From Bacteroidota bacterium (GTDB taxonomy: Bacteria; Bacteroidota; Bacteroidia; Bacteroidales; JACABE01): a stretch of 64,000 bases of DNA. The notes under the pieces were generated by a model. It was not told the origin of the DNA. It ran no database searches and worked only from the letters and a program-made list of their open reading frames with translations. Position 1 is the first letter of the stretch. Every line of letters begins with the position of its first letter. The translations under genes and the position numbers were made by a program. Where the stretch lies: contig JBAXNW010000011.1 in the NCBI GenBank assembly GCA_037133555.1, forward strand, positions 8,971 through 72,970, given 5' to 3'. Shown in pieces: positions 9,978 through 19,813 of this stretch.

Positions 9978-11204
9978 ATGCAAAAACTTAAAAATTTTCT
10001 TTCAATAATTGGTTTATTAATTATATTTCAACACGGCTTTGCGCAATCTTCAGCTATTATGTACAACGATGCGGTTGATCTGATGCATAAAAACAAATAC
10101 ACCGAAGCCATAGAAATATATAACAAAATTATCATCAAAAGTCCCTTTTATTATGAAGCTTACGCTGACAGAGGCAATTGTTATTTTGCCCTGGGCAAAA
10201 GCGCAGAAGCGTTGAAAGATTATAATACATCCATCTTAAAGAATAAAGAATATTATTTAGTGTATTATTACCGAGGTATATTTTTTTTAAATCTAAAAGA
10301 TTACAAAGCTAGTTTGAGCGATTTTAATAAAACAATCAGTATCAAACCCAATTTTGCAGCTGTTTATCAAAAGCGTGCCGAGATGTTTGCAGAAAGCAAA
10401 GAATACGAAAAATCGATTGCTGATTATACTAAATCTGTAGAGTATGATAAATCCAATGCCACTTTGTATTATGGCAGAGGGAAGATATATACCGAATTAA
10501 AAAAATATACCGAAGCAAGCAATGATTTTACCAAAGCCATTACATTAAAAAACGATTACTCAGAAGCCTTTCACGAAAGAGCCAAACTCAACTGGGAAAA
10601 AGGAAACCCTTTATTGGCCATAGGCGATCTTACTAAATTAATTGCCTTGAATTACAATCTAAAAGAAATTTTATTAGAAAGAGGAAATGCCTTTTATCAA
10701 ATAAAAAAATATACTGAAGCACTGAGTGATTATTCTCAATTGACGAATGTATTGAAATTTTCCTCATCGGAAGTTTTCCTAAAAAAAGGCGATTGTAATG
10801 CAGCATTAGGGAATTTTGACCTTGCCATTAAAGATTATTCAAAACTTACTACGTTAGATAGGGACAATGAAGAAGTCTGGGTTCAGCGTGGCGAATTATA
10901 TGTAAAAATGAACAAAGCCCCTCAGGCTATGGCAGACTTCCGTAGGGCTTTAATTATTAATCCTAAGAATATTTCAGCATTAAAGGGAAGAGCAAAAATA
11001 TATATGTATCAGAAAAGGTACGATTTAGCCATGGATGATTTGAATGAATCAATAAAAATCAAAAAAGATGGCGAAGCTTTTTATATGCGAGGTGCCATTA
11101 AAAGTATTCAAAATGATAAAAAAGGAAGTTGTGCCGATTTAAAAATGGCAGCAAGCCTTGGATATGAGGAAGCAATCGCTAAAGTTGACGAGCAATGTCC
11201 TTAA
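9978..11204 (+). CDS. Secreted tetratricopeptide-repeat (TPR) protein
   Basis: Signal peptide, then about 10 successive 34-aa repeats with the A..Y/A..A spacing (e.g. YEAYADRGNCYFALGKSAEALKDYNTSI). Confidence 0.85.
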   Translation: MQKLKNFLSIIGLLIIFQHGFAQSSAIMYNDAVDLMHKNKYTEAIEIYNKIIIKSPFYYEAYADRGNCYFALGKSAEALKDYNTSILKNKEYYLVYYYRGIFFLNLKDYKASLSDFNKTISIKPNFAAVYQKRAEMFAESKEYEKSIADYTKSVEYDKSNATLYYGRGKIYTELKKYTEASNDFTKAITLKNDYSEAFHERAKLNWEKGNPLLAIGDLTKLIALNYNLKEILLERGNAFYQIKKYTEALSDYSQLTNVLKFSSSEVFLKKGDCNAALGNFDLAIKDYSKLTTLDRDNEEVWVQRGELYVKMNKAPQAMADFRRALIINPKNISALKGRAKIYMYQKRYDLAMDDLNESIKIKKDGEAFYMRGAIKSIQNDKKGSCADLKMAASLGYEEAIAKVDEQCP

Positions 11205-11275
11205 ATCTTGCTTTTTAAACTGACATTCATCTTAGAAATACCCTAATGCAATTAGCAATGGTATCATTTTTAAAA

Positions 11276-12772
11276 CTAAGGATGAGAATAAATGAAAGTA
11301 TTATCGCGGTAGTTTGGATTGGTATCCCAATCGTAAAATAATGTACCATTACTGATAACCCAATCAATTAACTTTAAATAGGCAGATGTTACATCCGCTT
11401 TTTCAATTGGATATTGAAAACTTTCGTAAGTACGAATTGCCCAGGGTAAATTGGTTTTTGTTCTGTAATACCTTCCGATTCCAAGATTGCTATCGTCCTG
11501 AAGTGTTCCAAATAAGGAGAGATTAGCCAATGTAGTAGGCTTGTAATCGGACAGATGAACTTCTTTTCCTCTTATTTGATTTACAATGATGAATGGATTA
11601 AACGTATTTGAACCAAGTTGCGAAATGTTTATTGGACCTGCTGTACCCGGAACTCCATTTACGATAAAACTAAGTTTTACATTTACGATCTGAGGGGTAG
11701 CATAAGGAGCTCCAATGGTAGTATTGATACCTCCAACACTGCCTCCAGGATAAGCCAACACATCATAAACATTCCCAATAGCAATAATGCATGCATTGGC
11801 TTGTCCGTTTTCGGTTCCATTTGAAGCAATTGAATAAACGCTCCCGATTTTAATATTGGAACCCGTAACACTTCTTATAGCATTCGGATTAATATTTATT
11901 AATTCAAATCCAAACCCATTCCTAAAACTTGCACCCGTTGCTCTTACTTTAAACTGATAATTAATTTCAACTACCTGATTTTCTGGATTGGTTACAATTA
12001 ATGAATTATAATCAACTACGACATCGTTGAAATCATAATCCCCTTTTGCCGGCCATAAATCTTCAAATGCCAGGGTCGAAAAATGATTTTCGATAGGGAA
12101 ATACGATTTGTACGCTTTATAGGGATCATTAGGGAAAGCATCCTGGCTATCTTCAACGCCATCATTGTCTGCATCCTGCAAACTAGCTAATGGCATGCAA
12201 TTTTCTGCAGGGTTTGACCAATAATTGCCTGGTATTTGAAAATTATCAGCAATAATACTAGAATTTCCACCTGTTCCAACAAAACTGATTCTTATTTTGT
12301 AAATTTGATTTGAATTGGCAAGTAGGAGCGGAATTGCAGAAGTTAGCGTTTTAATATCCGTATTTATTGAATTCCAAGTACTTGAATCGAAAACAACAGC
12401 TGTAGATTCATAATAGGGAGGATGAAGTGAGTCGTAGGCAATATATGAAAAAATGATGCCTCTGTTGGTTCCGCTTACTTCACTTAATCTGGCTTTTAAT
12501 GAAATATTTCCTGTTCCTAGTTTCATCCAAGGAGTTTTAATCCAGGAGGCATCAGGAGCCGGATTCGTCAATTGGCTACTTTGAGTTGATAAATTTCCGC
12601 TAATTACCTGAGCAGTATTTACATAACTCACTCCTAAAAAACCCCAACAGGCATTTATTTCTGTTGATATATTTCCTGATTCACAGTTCAAGGTTAATTG
12701 TGCTTTTGAATGAATGCTGAAGGACAATCCAATAATTAACAGCATTCCTGTTTTAGCAACTAATTTTTTCAT
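11276..12772 (-). CDS. LruC-domain (DUF4842-type) secreted protein with a thrombospondin-type-3-like Ca-binding motif
   Basis: Signal peptide; DADNDGVEDSQDAFPNDP; FEDLWPAKGDYDFNDVVVDY, which I recognise as the LruC-domain hallmark. The N-terminal ~190 aa look like a separate jelly-roll-type domain. Confidence 0.6.
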   Translation of the reverse strand: MKKLVAKTGMLLIIGLSFSIHSKAQLTLNCESGNISTEINACWGFLGVSYVNTAQVISGNLSTQSSQLTNPAPDASWIKTPWMKLGTGNISLKARLSEVSGTNRGIIFSYIAYDSLHPPYYESTAVVFDSSTWNSINTDIKTLTSAIPLLLANSNQIYKIRISFVGTGGNSSIIADNFQIPGNYWSNPAENCMPLASLQDADNDGVEDSQDAFPNDPYKAYKSYFPIENHFSTLAFEDLWPAKGDYDFNDVVVDYNSLIVTNPENQVVEINYQFKVRATGASFRNGFGFELININPNAIRSVTGSNIKIGSVYSIASNGTENGQANACIIAIGNVYDVLAYPGGSVGGINTTIGAPYATPQIVNVKLSFIVNGVPGTAGPINISQLGSNTFNPFIIVNQIRGKEVHLSDYKPTTLANLSLFGTLQDDSNLGIGRYYRTKTNLPWAIRTYESFQYPIEKADVTSAYLKLIDWVISNGTLFYDWDTNPNYRDNTFIYSHP

Positions 12773-12791
12773 CTAAAATCTTATCTTAAAA

Positions 12792-13175
12792 TTAAAAATT
12801 ATTCAAATCAAATGTACAGTCAATACTGTTATTTTTTAAACTAACAGTCTTTGATATAGGTCCATATGTAACTATCACTTCATTAATTGAGAGGGGAATT
12901 TCAATTGTAGTTTCAACTTTAGATGCAGGTTTAACCAAGCTCTTGAAAAGAACATCTCCATTTGAAGTTTTAATAATGCATGTCATTACATGAGACCCTT
13001 GCAATTTTACTTTGACATATCTTACAGTTTGCCAACTAAAATCAAGGGTAGAAGTTAACTCTGTCATGCTATTCGGACGAAAAGTAGCAACATTGGTAAC
13101 AGGCTCATCTTTTTTACAACTAGATATTACTATTAAAAATATATAAAAGCCGTATAAAAAAAAACTTCGTTTCAT
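12792..13175 (-). CDS. Small lipoprotein of unknown function, likely co-transcribed with the LruC-domain gene
   Basis: 127 aa. Lipobox VISSC. 19-nt gap to the downstream gene on the same strand. No recognisable motif. Confidence 0.5.
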   Translation of the reverse strand: MKRSFFLYGFYIFLIVISSCKKDEPVTNVATFRPNSMTELTSTLDFSWQTVRYVKVKLQGSHVMTCIIKTSNGDVLFKSLVKPASKVETTIEIPLSINEVIVTYGPISKTVSLKNNSIDCTFDLNNF

Positions 13176-13309
13176 TCCTATTTATTTATTTTTTTGCTTT
13201 TCAATTTTGATCAGCTTAAGTCTTTAAGTTATACTTTAACAAAAAAAGGTATATTTTGATTGTAAAATCTTACAAAGAAGTAAATTATATTTAATGTTCT
13301 ATCGTTCGT

Positions 13310-14506
13310 TTATTCAATATACAGCACCAATCCTTTTAGATACTCACTTTCAGGATGGTAGATATTAATCGGATGATCAGCCCCTTGTGATAACTGATGA
13401 AGTATTTTTACTTCCCTTTTAGCTTGTGCTGCAGCTGTAAACACCATGGTTCTGAAATCATCTGATGATATAGCCTGAGAACAAGAGAATGTAAATAAGA
13501 TGCCCCCTTTTTTTATTTTATGAATCGCTTTATTATTGATATTCCTATACCCTTTTAATCCTTTTTCTTTTAAATGGAGGTGTTTAGCAAATGCAGGAGG
13601 GTCTAACACAATTACATCAAAGTCACTGTCCATTTTTTCCAGAAATTCAAAAGCATCGCATGCAAATGACAAATGAGCATCAGTAGCAGCAAAATTAAGA
13701 GCTATATTTTTATTGCACAAATCAATGGCTTTCTGAGAACTATCAACACTGTGAACCATTTGAGCACCACCTTTTAAAGCAGATACAGAAAATCCACCTG
13801 TATAGCCAAATACGTTTAGTACTTTTTTATCAAAACAATATTTCTCTAGTAATTTACGGTTTTCTCTCTGATCAATAAAAAAGCCCGTTTTTTGTCCTGT
13901 TTCAAAATCAACAATGAATTGATTATCATATTCTTTGATGATAATTTCAGCGGTTTTTTCATTCAGTAAATATCCATTGGCATTTTGCTTATTCTCTCCT
14001 TTGGCAAGGGTAGTATCGCTTTTATTGTAAATACTTTTTAAAAGATTGCCCAGTAATTCGCTCAGGACATTCACAAAGGTATCTTTCAATAAATACATTC
14101 CGAACGAATGAAATTGAATGACGACATGGCCATTATAATAATCAATAACAAGGCCAGGCATCAAATCACCTTCTCCATGCACCAACCTGAATGTATTGGT
14201 ATTTTGCGTATCGAACAAACCCAGGGTTTTCCTTAGGTTTATCGCTTTTTGAAGTTGCTGTTTCCAGAAATCTTCGTCAATAATTGTTTGCTTAAATGTA
14301 AAAATTCTAACAGTAATACTTCCTTCTTCCTGATAATGCCCCGTGGCAATGTATTCCTTTCTTGAATCATACACTTCAACGATTTCTCCATCCGATAATT
14401 CTTTAGTAACTGCTTCGATAGCACCTGAAAAAACCCAGGGATGAAAGCGTTGCAATGATCTTTCTTTACCTGGTTTTAGTATAATTTTTGAATATTCGTT
14501 CTTCAT
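13310..14506 (-). CDS. Class I SAM-dependent rRNA (cytosine-C5) methyltransferase, RlmI-like
   Basis: 398 aa. PUA-like N-terminus (LKPGKERSLQRFHPWVFSGAI), SAM-binding FGYTGGFS, VLDPPAFA motif. Same length and order as E. coli RlmI. Confidence 0.8.
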   Translation of the reverse strand: MKNEYSKIILKPGKERSLQRFHPWVFSGAIEAVTKELSDGEIVEVYDSRKEYIATGHYQEEGSITVRIFTFKQTIIDEDFWKQQLQKAINLRKTLGLFDTQNTNTFRLVHGEGDLMPGLVIDYYNGHVVIQFHSFGMYLLKDTFVNVLSELLGNLLKSIYNKSDTTLAKGENKQNANGYLLNEKTAEIIIKEYDNQFIVDFETGQKTGFFIDQRENRKLLEKYCFDKKVLNVFGYTGGFSVSALKGGAQMVHSVDSSQKAIDLCNKNIALNFAATDAHLSFACDAFEFLEKMDSDFDVIVLDPPAFAKHLHLKEKGLKGYRNINNKAIHKIKKGGILFTFSCSQAISSDDFRTMVFTAAAQAKREVKILHQLSQGADHPINIYHPESEYLKGLVLYIE

Positions 14507-14614
14507 ATTTTTTAAAATTTAAACCTCACAGATTTTATTAATTTAATTGATTTGATGCTTAAATCTTATACCATTTTTAAATCAAATCTGATAGGTTCTT
14601 GTTGAAAAGAAAAA

Positions 14615-15232
14615 TTAATAAATGTAAACAACTTTTTTGGTTTCAAAATAGTCTTCCTCAAAAAAGTCTTTGATATCAAAAACTTTATGTTTGCGATGGA
14701 TACCAGAGAGTTCTTCGGTTAAATCGCCTCCTTTTAGGTAGATAATACCATTTAAACGTTCGTTCTTTTGGACTTTAGATACCTTGCTGTATACCCATTC
14801 ATAAAATTCTGGCAACTTAGCGACCGCTCTGCTAACTACAAAATCAAAATTTGCATGCAACTCTTCAGCCCTTATTTTTTGAGCACTTACATTTTTTAAG
14901 CCCAATTCTGAAACAATTGACTCAACTACTGTTATTTTCTTGCCAATACAATCAATTAGATGAAAATGAGCTTCAGGAAATAGAATTGCCAGTGGTATAC
15001 CTGGCAAACCGCCACCTGTTCCAACATCCAAAATTGAACTTCCTTTTCTGAAATGAATTACTTTTGCAATAGCCAATGAATGAAGAATGTGATTAATTGA
15101 CAGATTATCAATATCTTTCCTTGAAATTAAATTAATCTTAGCATTCCATTCTTTAAACAATAGAATAAGTTTTTCAAACATTTCCATTTGCGCTGAACTG
15201 ATTTCAGGAAAATATTTTTTTATAATCACCAT
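14615..15232 (-). CDS. rsmG: 16S rRNA (guanine527-N7)-methyltransferase
   Basis: 205 aa. WNAKINLIS ..., DVGTGGGLPGIPLAI, VSRAVA. Classical GidB/RsmG pattern. Confidence 0.9.
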   Translation of the reverse strand: MVIIKKYFPEISSAQMEMFEKLILLFKEWNAKINLISRKDIDNLSINHILHSLAIAKVIHFRKGSSILDVGTGGGLPGIPLAILFPEAHFHLIDCIGKKITVVESIVSELGLKNVSAQKIRAEELHANFDFVVSRAVAKLPEFYEWVYSKVSKVQKNERLNGIIYLKGGDLTEELSGIHRKHKVFDIKDFFEEDYFETKKVVYIY

Positions 15233-15448
15233 TGTTGCAATATTTTAAAAAAGTTGTTTATAACATTCTATTGTGCAAAAACAATTTCAGTTTGCTGAAA
15301 TTTGAATCTGCAAAATTATACTTTTGTATTTAATTATCTTAAATTACTTTTTTGGTTTAAAAACTGATTTAGAGTATTGAAAAGAAACTTTCAAATACCT
15401 GAACTAACAATAAATGCTTAACAATATTTAAAGTAAAACAAGTATTTC

Positions 15449-15456
15449 TATTTTTG
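15449..15456 (+). promoter_or_regulatory. Candidate -7 promoter box (TATTTTTG) for the glucosaminidase gene
   Basis: Fits TAnnTTTG, ~59 nt upstream of the ATG at 15515. Confidence 0.3.
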
Positions 15457-15514
15457 CGAATAGATTTTTTTCTGTAAAACTCCAGTTTATTAATTTTTTA
15501 TATTTATAACATTC

Positions 15515-16474
15515 ATGAAATCTATACATATATTTATTTTATTATTCCTTATCAGCTCATTACAAGCTATTTATGCCCAAAATGAGAGAAAAAAAATTAC
15601 AGTGAAAGAATACATTGAATGCTATAAGGATATTGTTGTTCAAAATATGAAGAATTACAAAATTCCGGCAAGTATAACAATGGCACAGGGGATTTTAGAA
15701 TCTGCAAATGGGAATAGCGATTTAGCAATTATAGCCAACAATCATTTTGGCATTAAATGTACCAGCGATTGGCTGGGGAAAAAGTATTTGAAAGATGATG
15801 ATGCAAAAGATGAATGTTTTAGAATGTATGATGAAGCCCTAGAATCATTTAAAGATCATTCCAGCTTTTTAAGAACGAGAGAAAGGTATGCTTTTTTGTT
15901 CTCATTAAATATCACAGATTATCAAGCCTGGGCGCAAGGTTTGAAAGATGCGGGTTATGCCACTAATCCCAAATACCCTCAATTATTAATTAGAATTATT
16001 GAGGACAATAAGTTGTATGAGTTGGATAGCGTTTATCCTTCACAGAATAAAGTTCAGTTAGCAGTAAGCATTCAGCAAAAAAATGATATTGAGGATTTTG
16101 AAGTAGTAGGTTTTGGATTGATGAATCGAAAATTGCTTTTAAATAATAGTATTAAGTTTGTGCTGGCAAAGAAAACGGATAGTTTTGTTACAATCGCGAA
16201 TGAATTCGAGATGAAACCAGCTGAAATAATTCGTTACAATGAGTTCTCAAAAGATTATGTCCTAAAAGAAGGGGAAAAAGTTTATTTACAACCCAAGCGT
16301 CGCAAAGGGTCTGCTGAATTTCATACTGTAAAAGCCAATGAAACAATGTTCGATATTTCTCAATACTATGGAATTAAATTAAAACATTTGTACCGTAAAA
16401 ACAGGATGGAGAAAGATACTCAGGTTGGGGCTGGGACTAAACTTTGGTTGAGAAAAAAGAAACCATTATCATAA
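15515..16474 (+). CDS. Secreted N-acetylglucosaminidase-domain peptidoglycan hydrolase with two C-terminal LysM repeats
   Basis: Signal peptide. ITMAQGILESANGNSDLA ... NNHFGIK ... GYATNPKYP is the glucosaminidase (FlgJ C-terminal type) pattern. Two LysM-like repeats (FVLAKKTDSFVTIANEF..., HTVKANETMFDISQYYG...). Confidence 0.8.
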   Translation: MKSIHIFILLFLISSLQAIYAQNERKKITVKEYIECYKDIVVQNMKNYKIPASITMAQGILESANGNSDLAIIANNHFGIKCTSDWLGKKYLKDDDAKDECFRMYDEALESFKDHSSFLRTRERYAFLFSLNITDYQAWAQGLKDAGYATNPKYPQLLIRIIEDNKLYELDSVYPSQNKVQLAVSIQQKNDIEDFEVVGFGLMNRKLLLNNSIKFVLAKKTDSFVTIANEFEMKPAEIIRYNEFSKDYVLKEGEKVYLQPKRRKGSAEFHTVKANETMFDISQYYGIKLKHLYRKNRMEKDTQVGAGTKLWLRKKKPLS

Positions 16475-16513
16475 AACTGGCTCTTTAATAAATATTTGAA
16501 TTCTGAAATTAAA

Positions 16514-16570
16514 AATCGTTAATCGTTGTTCTAAAATCTAAAAAGAAATAGCGAACAACGACTAACGATT
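16514..16570. terminator. Long imperfect hairpin between convergent genes (18-nt arms, 1 mismatch, 21-nt loop)
   Basis: AATCGTTAATCGTTGTTC (16514-16531) pairs with GAACAACGACTAACGATT (16553-16570). The left arm is itself two AATCGTT heptamers. It sits between the + gene ending at 16474 and the - gene ending at 16593. Confidence 0.5.
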
Positions 16571-16592
16571 GATGAGCTAATTAGGCTGATGT

Positions 16593-16922
16593 TTATTCCT
16601 GGTATTTAAAAATAAATTTGAAATAAAATGTTTTCCCAATTACTTCATTGTCTGTGTTTACTTTTATCTTTTGCAGTTCTGTTTTAACGTAATCCATAAA
16701 CTCTTGGCTGATGGAATTGGATTGATTGACAATAATTTCACCATTTTCGTTAATTGAAATGCTGATATAAACATCTGCTTCCAATTTTTGATCTTTGGCA
16801 AAATCAGGATACTTAATTTGAGCAGCTACTGTTTGTTTGAAACTGAGCTCATCATTTTCTGCTTTTAATGCAACACTCACCAGTAAAAAGATGAATAAGA
16901 TTGCTAAGAATTTTGTTTTCAT
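16593..16922 (-). CDS. Small secreted protein, possibly a TonB-C-terminal-like fold
   Basis: 109 aa. Signal peptide. IKYPDFAKDQKLEADVYISISINENGEIIV resembles the YP..A....EG.V.V.F.V...G.V pattern of TonB C-terminal domains. Weak. Confidence 0.4.
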   Translation of the reverse strand: MKTKFLAILFIFLLVSVALKAENDELSFKQTVAAQIKYPDFAKDQKLEADVYISISINENGEIIVNQSNSISQEFMDYVKTELQKIKVNTDNEVIGKTFYFKFIFKYQE

Positions 16923-17005
16923 TTGTAAATCATTTAATTGTGTTAATATAATATTTTTAAATCATTTACAATTATGACGAAACAACTTTCAAAAAAGTTA
17001 CATAA

Positions 17006-17040
17006 AAAAGGCTGTCAAAAAATAAATTTGACAGCCTTTT
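17006..17040 (-). terminator. Intrinsic terminator downstream of the SusC/SusD-lipoprotein operon (bidirectional shape)
   Basis: Perfect 14-bp stem AAAAGGCTGTCAAA / TTTGACAGCCTTTT with a 7-nt loop. A-run on one side and T-run on the other. About 29 nt past the stop of the 17069..17509 gene. Confidence 0.8.
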
Positions 17041-17068
17041 TTTTTAACAGTAGTAAAAATAATATTTA

Positions 17069-17509
17069 CTATTCGAAACCAGTTTGACGTTTACCTTGGC
17101 ATACATAAACATCCCCAGGTGAAGAAGCCCATTCTACTTTCATATAAATATTATCGTTAGAAACAGAGCCCAATGTAACAGTAGTTGAATCATCATACAA
17201 TAAATCAATACCTTTTATGACTGAAAAGTTACTTCCGTTTAATGCTGCTTTCACTTTAAATGACCAAAATTGTTTATTGTCATCAATCCAGATACTGTCA
17301 CCTTTTGCTGTATTATAAAGAGAAAGGATGGTAGGACCCGGAGGATCTTGTAAAACACCATTTAAAGACCATGTAACATGATATTGTCCACAAACAGGAT
17401 ATGCACTATTGAAAGTCTGAAAATCTTTCCATTTATCGTCTTTTACGCAAGAAAGTGCAACAAATAATGTAAAGATAAACAGTATCCTAAAAATTATTTT
17501 ATTTTTCAT
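17069..17509 (-). CDS. Small surface lipoprotein of unknown function (last gene of the SusC/SusD locus)
   Basis: 146 aa. Lipobox VALSC. Same strand as SusD and 40 nt downstream of the neighbouring lipoprotein gene. No catalytic motif visible. Confidence 0.5.
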   Translation of the reverse strand: MKNKIIFRILFIFTLFVALSCVKDDKWKDFQTFNSAYPVCGQYHVTWSLNGVLQDPPGPTILSLYNTAKGDSIWIDDNKQFWSFKVKAALNGSNFSVIKGIDLLYDDSTTVTLGSVSNDNIYMKVEWASSPGDVYVCQGKRQTGFE

Positions 17510-17549
17510 TTTTATATATTTTAAATTTAAAAATTGAATTTATAACTAA

Positions 17550-18242
17550 TTACGGTTTTGGTTCCAGGAAGAAAGCAGTAGCAACAGCAGATCCACCAAG
17601 TGTTAACTTGTAAGTAAATTTACCGGCTACACTTACTGAACCAGTAGTCGCTGTCATAAAGCATGCGCCCCAGGGAGATGTAAAGTTTACATTTGCATTG
17701 TCGATCGTTTTGTCGGTATTAACACGAATAACTCCAGGACAGTGGTAAGCAACACCATACCCTCTCCATACCTCATAATACCTTGCAAACATATCTGAGC
17801 AGAAATAAACACCAGGGATGGATGTTTTTGATAAATAGACAGTACCATCACCCATCTCATTAGAATAAGATGTTCCACGTCCACCTTCATATGCTTTCGC
17901 ATAATTGATCGTTCCGTCACCGGTAACACCCACTATCCAAACCACTCTGATAGCTATTGATGGGAAACCATCCGCATTGACCGCTTTATAGCTTAGCTCA
18001 AACCTACCTGCAGTAGCAGTACTTAAAGTTGCTGGAGTAACAGTATATGGATCACCAGTACTTACTGTAACACCAGGGTCAACCCATGTTGATCCGACTG
18101 CAATAACTGTATCAGAAGGTCCTAGCATGGTCAAAACAGCATAAGTAGTTACTTTTGATACATCTTTGGTATCCTTTGAACAGCTCATTATTGAAACTGA
18201 TAGCAAAAGGATAACTATTAATATTATATTATTTTTTTTCAT
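17550..18242 (-). CDS. Surface lipoprotein with an Ig-like (DUF5011-type) N-terminal domain, function unknown
   Basis: 230 aa. Lipobox IMSC. GPSDTVIAVGSTWVDPGVTV ... AGRFELSYKAVNADG resembles the Ig-like domain common in PUL-encoded lipoproteins. Confidence 0.5.
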   Translation of the reverse strand: MKKNNIILIVILLLSVSIMSCSKDTKDVSKVTTYAVLTMLGPSDTVIAVGSTWVDPGVTVSTGDPYTVTPATLSTATAGRFELSYKAVNADGFPSIAIRVVWIVGVTGDGTINYAKAYEGGRGTSYSNEMGDGTVYLSKTSIPGVYFCSDMFARYYEVWRGYGVAYHCPGVIRVNTDKTIDNANVNFTSPWGACFMTATTGSVSVAGKFTYKLTLGGSAVATAFFLEPKP

Positions 18243-18269
18243 ATTAATTTTTTTTTAAGATTTATATAA

Positions 18270-19793
18270 TTAAAGTTTTGTATCCCACCAAACTCTTTTG
18301 TTAATTGATTCCAAAGCAGGTGTATTAGGATTTCTTCTGCGTTCAGATTCAGTAAACAATAAACGTTTTGGGTAGAGACTACCAGTAGCGCTGTTGACAG
18401 AAATAGTAAATTGGCCTTTAACATAAGCAGCAGAAGTTCCAGGAACAGCACTTTCTCTTGGATAATGCGTTCTGTTGTGTTCAAAGAATGCTTCTATGCC
18501 TTGATTGTTTACCATGGCCATCCATTTTTGACCAATAATTCTTTCGAGTTTTGCTTCAAATACACCAGCAGTTGGATATTCGTATTTACCACCTACTGCA
18601 TAGAAAGCTGCTGAACCTGTAGCACCCAATCTAGCGAAAGCTGCATCAATACCACTTTCATACATAGTTTTAGCATTTCCGGTTACACCATATCTTTCAA
18701 TTGCTTCAGCCTGTAAAAAATAGCTTTCTGCTTTACTGAAAAAGTAAACAGGATCAACACCAGTTAATACAGGGGTTGATAAATTTGAAATATTTGCACC
18801 TGTTGGGAAAGTTGTATTGAAATAATCTCCTTGAACCAAACATTTATAGACAGCTGGTGATTTTGCATTTTTAGCTATTAATAATGGTAAACGAGGATCC
18901 GCAACACTATCAAGTATTGAATAGATCGTTTGACTCATAGAAACATTTCCAGACAATCTGTCAATAAAAGTTTCATAGGCTGGGTTGCGTTTATTTTGTT
19001 GGCTGGCAAAAATGGATATTTTTGCGTCTTCAGCTAAAAAAGGAGCATTTGCCGTATACATCGCCTGAATTCCTGCAGATGCAACAGTAGGACGAGCATA
19101 AGCCTGACGTAAATAAATTTTTAATTTCAAAGTATTTACAAAACTTTCCCATTTATCCATATCGCCTGCAAAAATGATATCATCAGTACCTGGTTGAACT
19201 GCAGTTGCAGTTGGATTTGTGGCACTTTTGAAAGTTTTATAATCATGTGTAAGGGCTTCATTGAGCATTTTAATTAAACCGTCATACACTACAGAACCAT
19301 CATCGTATTTTGGTGTTAGGTTTCCGCTGGCACCTTGCAATGCTTCGCTGAAAGGAATTTTGTCGTATAAATCAACAAGTACTTGATATGTATATGCCTG
19401 CATGGCAGTTGCCATCAGATAGTAACTCCAGTTTTGTTTGCTGGCAGCTAATTCTCTCACATATTTGTAATCATTTAAAGCACCTGAATACATTTCACCC
19501 CATTGACGACCGTCAAAATCGCTGGTTTGAAGATTGTAAGAATCAATTTCTCTCCATTGAGGAGCTCCGATAGCTTGTGTCCAATGCTGTGACCAGAAAC
19601 CGCCTAATAATTGATAATAACCACCAATTACATAAGCAGAAGAGCCAACAGCTGCAGGAAAGGTTAGTTGAACGGTTGATTCTGAAGATCTACTGGGATC
19701 ATGGTTTACATCCATGAAATCTTTCTCACAACTGGCAAAAGTAAAAAGCATTATGAGAAGCATCCATTTGTTATATTTTAATATCTTTTTCAT
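18270..19793 (-). CDS. SusD/RagB-family nutrient-binding outer-membrane lipoprotein
   Basis: 507 aa. Lipobox FASC. Starts 20 nt downstream of the SusC-like gene. TPR-like helical composition with conserved W/Y-rich segments (FWSQHWTQ, QKWMAMVNNQGIEAFFEHNRT). Confidence 0.85.
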   Translation of the reverse strand: MKKILKYNKWMLLIMLFTFASCEKDFMDVNHDPSRSSESTVQLTFPAAVGSSAYVIGGYYQLLGGFWSQHWTQAIGAPQWREIDSYNLQTSDFDGRQWGEMYSGALNDYKYVRELAASKQNWSYYLMATAMQAYTYQVLVDLYDKIPFSEALQGASGNLTPKYDDGSVVYDGLIKMLNEALTHDYKTFKSATNPTATAVQPGTDDIIFAGDMDKWESFVNTLKLKIYLRQAYARPTVASAGIQAMYTANAPFLAEDAKISIFASQQNKRNPAYETFIDRLSGNVSMSQTIYSILDSVADPRLPLLIAKNAKSPAVYKCLVQGDYFNTTFPTGANISNLSTPVLTGVDPVYFFSKAESYFLQAEAIERYGVTGNAKTMYESGIDAAFARLGATGSAAFYAVGGKYEYPTAGVFEAKLERIIGQKWMAMVNNQGIEAFFEHNRTHYPRESAVPGTSAAYVKGQFTISVNSATGSLYPKRLLFTESERRRNPNTPALESINKRVWWDTKL

Positions 19794-19813
19794 TTTTTTG
19801 TATTTTTAAATTA

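Noticed and set aside
9949-9978. A 10-residue N-terminal extension of pdxH, as given in the ORF track.
   Set aside because: The track start at 9978 is a TTG, and the extra residues (MIAYICKKIK) have no counterpart in PdxH. ATG codons at 9948 and 9945 give an N-terminus collinear with E. coli PdxH and remove the overlap with the divergent TPR gene.
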